From Lachnospiraceae bacterium (lineage in GTDB: Bacteria; Bacillota; Clostridia; Lachnospirales; Lachnospiraceae): 64,000 bases of DNA. The notes under the pieces are model-generated. The model made no database searches, had not been told where the DNA came from, and saw only the letters and a list, made by a program, of their open reading frames with translations. Location: the NCBI GenBank assembly GCA_024699325.1, contig JAILPS010000006.1, forward strand, positions 20,419-84,418, read 5' to 3'. This document shows, piece after piece, positions 57,861 to 64,000 of the stretch. Within the stretch, counting starts at the first letter, position 1, and the number at the start of each line of letters is the position of its first letter. The position numbers were made by a program, and so were the translations under genes.

Positions 57861-58037
57861 ATGAAGAGACATAAGGGGATTATTCTTGCGGTTATGCTGT
57901 TGCTTGCAAGCCTTGCGCTTGGAGCATGTAATTTCACAAGTGTATTTGACGGAGGGGGAGGCGAGTATATGAGCTACTACGGCTGCCCGAACTCTAAGAA
58001 GGTTAAGAAGCTTAACCTTAAGAAGAATAAGAGATAG
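57861..58037 (+). CDS. Small lipobox peptide B (58 aa), paralog of peptide A
   Basis: The track ORF starts at 57846. ATG 57861 follows GGGGGAT and lies 1 nt after the enzyme's stop. The sequence is [58 protein letters not shown]. Confidence 0.65.
   Translation: MKRHKGIILAVMLLLASLALGACNFTSVFDGGGGEYMSYYGCPNSKKVKKLNLKKNKR
57974..58037 (+). repeat. Direct repeat copy 2 (3' end of peptide B gene)
   Basis: See copy 1. The differences are mostly synonymous or R/K exchanges. Confidence 0.8.
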
Positions 58038-58048
58038 AGAGGTGTGCG

Positions 58049-58534
58049 ATGGCTAAGAGAAAGGATTATATCAGCTGGGATGAATATTTTATGGGGGTTG
58101 CTGAGCTGTCCGCGAGGAGAAGCAAGGACCCTGGAACACAGGTGGGAGCCTGTATTGTGAGCCCGTCTAACAAGATTATATCCATGGGCTACAACGGTTT
58201 TCCGATGGGCTGCTCTGACGATGAATTCCCCTGGGAGAGGGACGGAGAGGATCCGTTTGACACGAAGTACACATATGTGACTCACGCTGAGATGAACGCA
58301 ATCCTTAACAACCGCACCTCCAGCCTTGAGGGCTGCAGGCTGTATGTGACGCTGTTTCCATGTAACGAATGTGCGAAGGCTGTCATCCAGTCAGGCATCA
58401 AGGAGGTAATCTACGCCTCCGACAAATACGCCCAGACAAGCGCCGTGAAGGCGAGCAAGAGAATGTTTGACGCCGCGGGCGTTAAATACACGCCATACGA
58501 GGGCAGCAACAAGGAAATACTGCTTGTTCTCTAA
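58049..58534 (+). CDS. comEB: dCMP deaminase (ComEB-type)
   Basis: 161 aa with the zinc motifs HAEMNA and PCNECAK. Confidence 0.9.
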   Translation: MAKRKDYISWDEYFMGVAELSARRSKDPGTQVGACIVSPSNKIISMGYNGFPMGCSDDEFPWERDGEDPFDTKYTYVTHAEMNAILNNRTSSLEGCRLYVTLFPCNECAKAVIQSGIKEVIYASDKYAQTSAVKASKRMFDAAGVKYTPYEGSNKEILLVL

Positions 58535-58550
58535 TTTTTGGCTGTTTTGC

Positions 58551-58579
58551 TTGACTGCGGTTTTAATAACTGATATTAT
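58551..58579 (+). promoter_or_regulatory. Promoter TTGACT-N17-TATTAT upstream of the malic enzyme gene
   Basis: -35 at 58551-58556 and -10 at 58574-58579. Confidence 0.45.
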
Positions 58580-58648
58580 TTAGAACGCTACTCGCAGGAT
58601 TTGGGGGAGGAATCGGCGGGCAAGTATATAGATGAGAAGGAGATAATC

Positions 58649-59800
58649 ATGACCATCAACGAGAGAGCATTAGAGCTTCATGAGCAGTGGAACGGCAAGC
58701 TTGAGACCGTTTCTAAGACTAAGGTTAATACAAGAGAGGATCTCTCCCTTGCGTACACACCGGGCGTTGCTGAGCCTTGTAAGGTAATCGCGAAGGATCC
58801 GGAAGCAGCATACAAGTACACAATCAAGTCCAACACCGTGGCTGTAGTTTCAGACGGAAGTGCGGTTTTGGGACTTGGCAATATAGGGGCTCTCGCCGCC
58901 ATGCCTGTCATGGAGGGCAAGGCCGTTTTGTTTAAGGAGTTTGGCGGTGTCAATGCATTTCCAATCTGCTTAGACACACAGGACACAGAGGAGATTATCG
59001 AGACAGTCGTAAGGATTGCGCCCGCATTTGGCGGTATCAACCTTGAGGACATCGCGGCTCCAAGATGTTTCGAGATAGAGGAGAGGCTTAAGAAGCTTCT
59101 CGACATCCCGGTTATGCACGATGACCAGCACGGCACGGCAATCGTGGTGCTCGCAGGTATCATTAACGCCCTGAAGGTCACCGGCAAGAAGAAGGAGGAC
59201 TGCAAGGTCGTAGTAAACGGCGCGGGAAGCGCGGGCGTTGCCATCACCAAGCTCCTCTTAAACTATGGTTTTCCAAACATCACCATGGTTGACAAGGTGG
59301 GAATTCTGTGTAAGGGCATGGAGGGTCTCAACTGGATGCAGGAGAAGATGGTGGAGGTGACCAACCTTTCACATGCCACAGGTTCTCTCGCAGACGCTCT
59401 TAGGGGTGCTGACATCTTCGTCGGCGTCTCAGCTCCAAACATTGTGAGCCCTGAGATGGTTAAGAGCATGAATAAGGATTCCATACTGTTTGCCATGGCA
59501 AACCCTGTTCCTGAGATTATGCCTGACGTGGCGAAGGCAGCAGGCGCAAGAGTTGTGGGCACAGGAAGAAGCGATTTCCCTAACCAGGTGAACAATGTAT
59601 TGATCTTCCCTGGAATATTTAAGGGAGCCCTCGAGGGAAGAGCAACAGCCATCACAGAGGAAATGAAGCTCGCAGCCGCAGAGGCTATCGCGGCATTAGT
59701 TCCGGAGGATGAGCTCAGTGATGTCAACATTCTTCCTGAGGCATTTGACCCTAGAGTTGCCAACACGGTTGCAGCCAAGGTTAAGGAGTTTATCCGCTAA
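58649..59800 (+). CDS. NAD(P)-dependent malic enzyme (short bacterial type)
   Basis: The track ORF starts at TTG 58601. ATG 58649 follows GAAGGAG. It has LAYTPGVAEPC, VVSDGSAVLGLGNIG and NGAGSAGVA motifs. Confidence 0.92.
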   Translation: MTINERALELHEQWNGKLETVSKTKVNTREDLSLAYTPGVAEPCKVIAKDPEAAYKYTIKSNTVAVVSDGSAVLGLGNIGALAAMPVMEGKAVLFKEFGGVNAFPICLDTQDTEEIIETVVRIAPAFGGINLEDIAAPRCFEIEERLKKLLDIPVMHDDQHGTAIVVLAGIINALKVTGKKKEDCKVVVNGAGSAGVAITKLLLNYGFPNITMVDKVGILCKGMEGLNWMQEKMVEVTNLSHATGSLADALRGADIFVGVSAPNIVSPEMVKSMNKDSILFAMANPVPEIMPDVAKAAGARVVGTGRSDFPNQVNNVLIFPGIFKGALEGRATAITEEMKLAAAEAIAALVPEDELSDVNILPEAFDPRVANTVAAKVKEFIR

Positions 59801-59834
59801 TATTTAAAGAATCTTACAGAGAGGAGGTGACCGC

Positions 59835-60350
59835 ATGGTTTCGGAACCTACAACTCTTTACAAGCTTATGATTCTTCATATGCTTAAGAAGGTTAATTTT
59901 CCCCTCACGAACAGTCAGCTTACTGACTTCTTCAACAGCAGGGATTACGCGAATTATTTTACGCTTCAGCAGGTTATAAGTGAGCTCTTAGATGCCAACC
60001 TTATCCATGCGGAAACCATCAGAAATTCTACAAGATATGAGCTTACCAAGGAGGGGGAGGACGTACTCTACTTTTTTGGCAAGCAGATTTCCCCGACCAT
60101 CGTGGAGGACATGGACAAGTTCCTGACAGAGAACAAGTTCCAGCTCAGAAGCGAGGTGGGCGTGACCGCTGACTACTATAAGGGGGCAGCGGGAAGCTAC
60201 ATCGTGGACTGCCGCATCAGGGAGGGCAAGGAGAACCTGATAGAGCTTAAGATAAGCGTTCCGAGCGAGGAGCAGGCCATATCAGTCTGCGACAAGTGGG
60301 AGAAGGAGAACCAGGATATCTACACTCTGGTTATGCAAAAGTTACTTTAA
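59835..60350 (+). CDS. DUF4364-like putative transcriptional regulator (PadR-like wHTH)
   Basis: 171 aa. The N-terminal YKLMILHMLKKVNFPLTNSQLTDFF is typical of this clostridial family. The call is from recall only. Confidence 0.5.
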   Translation: MVSEPTTLYKLMILHMLKKVNFPLTNSQLTDFFNSRDYANYFTLQQVISELLDANLIHAETIRNSTRYELTKEGEDVLYFFGKQISPTIVEDMDKFLTENKFQLRSEVGVTADYYKGAAGSYIVDCRIREGKENLIELKISVPSEEQAISVCDKWEKENQDIYTLVMQKLL

Positions 60351-60356
60351 CATCAC

Positions 60357-60383
60357 GGCGCGGCATCTGCCGCGCCTATTTTT
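60357..60383 (+). terminator. Rho-independent terminator
   Basis: GGCGCGGC-atct-GCCGCGCC followed by TATTTTT. Confidence 0.8.
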
Positions 60384-60501
60384 AAACATGTCTTGAATTA
60401 TCCCGACATCTAGTGTATAATATTTTACGTCTTAATTATACTTTTAACCCTTGTCAGACATATTTGCCTGACAAATCCCAGAACAGTAAAGAGAGTTTAT
60501 A

Positions 60502-61977
60502 ATGGAATATGCAAAGTTTAAGGTGGATAAGCTTAGAGAGCTTGCCGCCAGTCTTATGATTCCTGAGCCTAACAAGCTAAAAAAACAGGAACTTTTGGAA
60601 AAAATAGAGGCCATAATAGGGCCTTCAGTTGCAGCAGAGCCGGAGCCCAAGCGTGAGCCAAAGCGCGAGCCCAAGCGTGAGCCAAAGAGCGAGCCTAAGA
60701 GCGAGCCCAAGCCGGAGCCTGTCAAAATCCCCATCCCTGAGAGGGTGCTTCGCATCATGAGGGAGGACGAAATCGATGAGCTCGCGGCAGACGCGTGGGA
60801 GCCGCAGGCGCCGTTTGGCATGAGCCGTGAGAGGTTTTTTGAGTCCGTCTCAGGAGATATCGTCACAGGTCTGTTTGACATTCAGCCTGACAACAACTAC
60901 GGCTTCATCAGAAGCGACGGCAACGGAACCATCGACGAGGACGTGTACGTAGGCGCGGGTCAGGTCAGACGTTTTAATCTAAAATGCGGCGACTATATTG
61001 TCTGCGGCACGAGAAACAAGCTGCCCGCTGACAAAAGCCCTGGACTTCTGTTTGTGAAGAGCATCAACTCCCACAGCGTGGAGGAGAGCAAAAAACGCAA
61101 AGATTTTGATAAGATGACCCCTATTTATCCCATGGAGAGGCTTAAAATGGAGCACATGGGATGCCCCATGAGCATGAGGGTGGTGGATCTTCTAAGCCCG
61201 ATAGGCAAGGGCCAGAGAGGAATGATCGTGTCGCCCCCTAAGGCCGGCAAGACTACTCTTATCAAACAGATTGCCAGATCTATCGCCAAATCAAACCCTG
61301 ACGTGAACTTAATCGTCCTGCTTATAGATGAGAGACCTGAGGAGGTTACGGACATAACAGAGGCGATTGCAGGACCCAATGTATCGGTTGTGGCGTCAAC
61401 ATTTGACGAGCAGCCTGAGCACCACAAGTCTGTCAGCGAGAAGGTTATAGAGAAGGCCAAGAGAATGGTTGAATACGGCGATGACGTGGTGATACTTTTA
61501 GATTCGCTCACCAGACTCTCAAGAGCCTACAACCTTACAGTAAACCCAAGCGGCAGAACGCTCTCAGGAGGTTTAGACCCCACGGCGCTCTACTTCCCGA
61601 AGAAGTTTTTTGGAGCGGCCAGAAACATGCGTGAGGGCGGAAGCCTGACCATACTTGCGACAGCGCTTATAGACACCGGAAGCCGCATGGACGATGTCAT
61701 CTTCGAGGAGTTTAAGGGCACGGGCAATATGGAGCTTGTGCTTGACAGGAAGCTCTCCGAGAGAAGGTTCTTCCCTGCGATAGATGTGGCGGGCTCAGGC
61801 ACGAGAAATGAGGAGCTGCTACTTAGCCGCGAGGAGTTTGAGGCCACGGGAATAGTGAGACGCGCTTTGGCGGGAAGCAAGAGCGAGGAGGTTGCCGAGC
61901 GTTTGCTTGATCTGTTTAACAAGAGCAGGACAAACGCGGAGCTTGTTGATTACATTAGAAAGACAAGATATATTTGA
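60502..61977 (+). CDS. rho: Transcription termination factor Rho with a short charged N-terminal insertion
   Basis: 491 aa. It has an N-terminal Rho_N (LRELAASLMIPEPNKLKKQELLEKI), an EPKR repeat insert, an OB/CSD region, the P-loop PPKAGKTT and a RecA-type core. Confidence 0.95.
   Translation: MEYAKFKVDKLRELAASLMIPEPNKLKKQELLEKIEAIIGPSVAAEPEPKREPKREPKREPKSEPKSEPKPEPVKIPIPERVLRIMREDEIDELAADAWEPQAPFGMSRERFFESVSGDIVTGLFDIQPDNNYGFIRSDGNGTIDEDVYVGAGQVRRFNLKCGDYIVCGTRNKLPADKSPGLLFVKSINSHSVEESKKRKDFDKMTPIYPMERLKMEHMGCPMSMRVVDLLSPIGKGQRGMIVSPPKAGKTTLIKQIARSIAKSNPDVNLIVLLIDERPEEVTDITEAIAGPNVSVVASTFDEQPEHHKSVSEKVIEKAKRMVEYGDDVVILLDSLTRLSRAYNLTVNPSGRTLSGGLDPTALYFPKKFFGAARNMREGGSLTILATALIDTGSRMDDVIFEEFKGTGNMELVLDRKLSERRFFPAIDVAGSGTRNEELLLSREEFEATGIVRRALAGSKSEEVAERLLDLFNKSRTNAELVDYIRKTRYI
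60637..60720 (+). repeat. In-frame 12-nt tandem repeat (about 7 units, GAGCCNAAGNGN) encoding (EPKR/EPKS)n within rho
   Basis: GAGCCG GAGCCCAAGCGT GAGCCAAAGCGC GAGCCCAAGCGT GAGCCAAAGAGC GAGCCTAAGAGC GAGCCCAAGCCG GAGCCT. Confidence 0.85.
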
Positions 61978-61979
61978 CT

Positions 61980-63014
61980 ATGAGATACCCTAAATTTTTA
62001 AAAGACGGCGGAACAATCGGCTTCATCGCGCCAAGCTTTGGCTGCGCGACCGAGCCCTATAAGACAGCATTTGAGAGTGCTCTTGAGACATTTAAGCAGG
62101 CGGGCTACAAAACCATCCTGGGCCCCAATGTATATAAGAGCGACGGAGTTGGAATAAGCACTGACCCTGTGGAGTGCGCGAGAGAGGTTAATATCGCCCT
62201 CACGGCTGACAGCCTCGACGCGGTTATATCCTGCGGCGGCGGTGAGCTTATGTGCGAAATCCTGCCATATGTGGATTTTGAGGCGATTAAGGCAGCCCCT
62301 GCCAAGCTGTTTCAGGGCTATTCTGACAACACAAACCTCACATTTTTGTTAAACACCATATGTGACACAGCGGCCATATACGGCCCCTGCGCCTCAGAGT
62401 TTGGCATGAAGCCATGGCATAAGGCCATAGGCGATTCGTACGCGCTTCTAAGGGGCGAGAAGCTTTTGATGGACGGCTATGACAACTGGGAGAAGGATGC
62501 GCTTAAGAGCGAGGAGAATCCTCTCGCCTCATACCATGTGACGGAGCCCACGAAGTATTTCCCATATAACGGCAAAATGCCTGTTCAGAAGATGTACGCA
62601 GAGGGAAGATTAATCGGCGGCTGCATGGACTGTCTGGTCAACTTAGTCGGCACGAAATACGACCGCGTTAAGGAGTTTGTTAACAGATATAATGACGAGG
62701 GCATTCTGTGGTTTTTGGAGGCCTGTGACTTAGGAGTTATGGACATGAGACGCGCCCTGTGGCACATGAGGGAGGCGGGATGGTTTGAGCACGCTTCGGG
62801 CTTCTTAATCGGTCGCCCCATGAGGTTTTATGACGAGGCCTTCGGGCAGGACCACCTAAGCGCAGTGCTTGGAATCTTAGGAGAATTTGGCGTTCCTGTG
62901 ATTATGGATCTGGATATTGGCCATCTATCGCCACAGATTCCAATCCTTAGCGGCTCATACGCCCACGCCATGGCAACAGATAAGACATTTAGTCTTGAGA
63001 TGGAACTGAAATAG
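61980..63014 (+). CDS. LD-carboxypeptidase (peptidase S66, MccF/LdcA-like)
   Basis: The track ORF starts at TTG 61974, and an ATG follows at 61980. It has the nucleophile motif GYSDNTNL and a C-terminal DIGH His motif. Confidence 0.8.
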   Translation: MRYPKFLKDGGTIGFIAPSFGCATEPYKTAFESALETFKQAGYKTILGPNVYKSDGVGISTDPVECAREVNIALTADSLDAVISCGGGELMCEILPYVDFEAIKAAPAKLFQGYSDNTNLTFLLNTICDTAAIYGPCASEFGMKPWHKAIGDSYALLRGEKLLMDGYDNWEKDALKSEENPLASYHVTEPTKYFPYNGKMPVQKMYAEGRLIGGCMDCLVNLVGTKYDRVKEFVNRYNDEGILWFLEACDLGVMDMRRALWHMREAGWFEHASGFLIGRPMRFYDEAFGQDHLSAVLGILGEFGVPVIMDLDIGHLSPQIPILSGSYAHAMATDKTFSLEMELK

Positions 63015-63023
63015 GAGTATAAT

Positions 63024-63320
63024 ATGCTTACAAGAAAAGATGTGATGCCTCTTAACTATTACAAGAAGGAGAGTTTTACGGGGAGTTTTATGGGCATGCG
63101 CTTCATGCTCGGCAAGAGTGAGGTGGAGGACCAGAAGTTTTTGCACGTGTCGGTCTGGCCACAGCCGTTTTGTTTTGAGGTAACCCCCGAGGAGAAGAAG
63201 ATATATAAGGATTTTTCCTTCGACGAGGCAGGAATTGTTGAGGCGGTAGAATGGCTCAACGCGACATACGAAGAGAGAAGAGAGGAGTTTGAGGAGGCTT
63301 CAAGACAAAACGGCATGTGA
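63024..63320 (+). CDS. Hypothetical protein (98 aa)
   Basis: ORF only. It is tightly spaced between neighbours, and I recognise no motif. Confidence 0.4.
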   Translation: MLTRKDVMPLNYYKKESFTGSFMGMRFMLGKSEVEDQKFLHVSVWPQPFCFEVTPEEKKIYKDFSFDEAGIVEAVEWLNATYEERREEFEEASRQNGM

Positions 63321-63341
63321 GCCAACTCATGAGGGGTAAAT

Positions 63342-64000
63342 ATGGAACTGGCGCAGGAATATGTTGCCGATGATTTGAAGAAGGCGATGTTTTTGTACGA
63401 CTCTGCACTTAAGCAGGTCAGCACCAAGATAGAGATACTTAGCGAAGAATTTGTAAATGTTCACAACTATAATCCTATAGAGCATGTGAAGACCAGAATT
63501 AAGACGAGCGAGAGCATAACCCACAAGTTAGAGAAGCAGGGCTATGACACCACCATCGAGAATATGATGCACTACCTCCACGACGTCGCGGGAGTTCGCA
63601 TCATATGCTCTTTTGAGAAGGATATCTACAGTATTGCGGATATGATATGCAACCAGGATGACGTGAAGGTTTTAATTATCAAAAACTACATCGCCAATCC
63701 TAAGCCCAACGGCTATAAGAGCTACCACTTAGTGGTTTCAGTGCCCATATATCTGTCCGAGGGACCTGTGGAGACGAAGGTTGAGATACAGATTAGAACC
63801 GTCGCCATGGATTTCTGGGCAAGCCTTGAGCACAAGATTAAGTATAAGTTCGAGGGCAATGCGCCCGATAGAATTCAGCTTGATCTGAAGGAGTGTGCCG
63901 ACATCGTAGACATGCTCGACAAGAAGATGTTCTCCCTCAATGAGGAGATTAAGGCGTTTGCAGGCGGACTTCCCATGGCGCCAAGCGAGAGAGACTGGAA
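63342..64000 (+). CDS. Small alarmone synthetase (RelQ/RelP-type GTP pyrophosphokinase), 3' end beyond the window
   Basis: My own translation from ATG 63342 reads MELAQEYVADDLKKAMFLYDSALKQV...DVAGVRIICSF...NGYKSYHLVVSVP...VEIQIRTVAMDFWASLEHKIKYKFEG, which are RelA/SpoT synthetase-domain motifs. It is absent from the track because there is no stop in the window. Confidence 0.85.
   Translation, partial: MELAQEYVADDLKKAMFLYDSALKQVSTKIEILSEEFVNVHNYNPIEHVKTRIKTSESITHKLEKQGYDTTIENMMHYLHDVAGVRIICSFEKDIYSIADMICNQDDVKVLIIKNYIANPKPNGYKSYHLVVSVPIYLSEGPVETKVEIQIRTVAMDFWASLEHKIKYKFEGNAPDRIQLDLKECADIVDMLDKKMFSLNEEIKAFAGGLPMAPSERDW

Noticed and set aside
58049-58534. Considered whether the deaminase downstream of the radical SAM cassette is a functional part of it, for example as a nucleic-acid deaminase toxin or effector.
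   Set aside because: The sequence has the standard housekeeping dCMP deaminase (ComEB) layout and motifs (HAEMNA, PCNECAK). It is a normal neighbour in nucleotide-metabolism operons, so co-transcription is likely but a functional link is unsupported.
60637-60720. Considered whether the tandem 12-nt repeats are a CRISPR-like or minisatellite non-coding element.
   Set aside because: The repeats are in frame inside rho and have no spacers. They encode a coherent EPK[RS] peptide repeat.

Overview
This 64-kb segment is chromosomal. Gene content, GGAGG-type ribosome binding sites and strong plus-strand bias suggest a Clostridia/Lachnospiraceae-like Firmicute, but that is inference only, since no searches could be run. 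I support about 55 protein genes. By eye I found no rRNA, tRNA, CRISPR array or intact mobile element. In order, the window contains: a LacI-controlled glycan locus (GHMP sugar kinase, GH42 beta-galactosidase, two GH43 enzymes, one fused to ankyrin repeats); two envelope proteins; glmS; an SOS-box-controlled Y-family polymerase/YolD pair; an MptD-type ECF-like module joined to a heterodimeric ABC exporter, with three ATPase domains in one ORF; housekeeping genes (EamA, NUDIX, lipase-like hydrolase, glpK); leuB-ilvD-ilvB; serC-serA; a GT2; a second LacI regulator; a degenerate-GGDEF/EAL protein; lepA-hemW-methyltransferase-hslO; asnA; a large polytopic membrane protein; a PHP histidinol phosphatase; aspartate kinase; a short AT-rich islet holding an ABC-ATPase gene remnant; aroE-aroK; a MocR regulator plus a C-N hydrolase; tsaC(sua5)-ywlE-rpiB; dCMP deaminase; malic enzyme; rho; an LD-carboxypeptidase; and a truncated small alarmone synthetase. 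The most interesting locus is 56.07-58.04 kb. There, a radical-SAM/SPASM enzyme carrying a C-terminal JAMM/MPN-like domain is flanked on both sides by paralogous about 60-aa ORFs. Each small ORF has a lipoprotein-type signal peptide and a conserved C-terminal module, YYGCPNS[RK][RK]VKKLNL.K..KR. The unit is tightly packed, looks translationally coupled, and sits inside a housekeeping operon. I interpret it as a candidate uncharacterised RiPP-like peptide-modification system. All family assignments rest on motif recognition in the supplied translations. No database or HMM search was performed.
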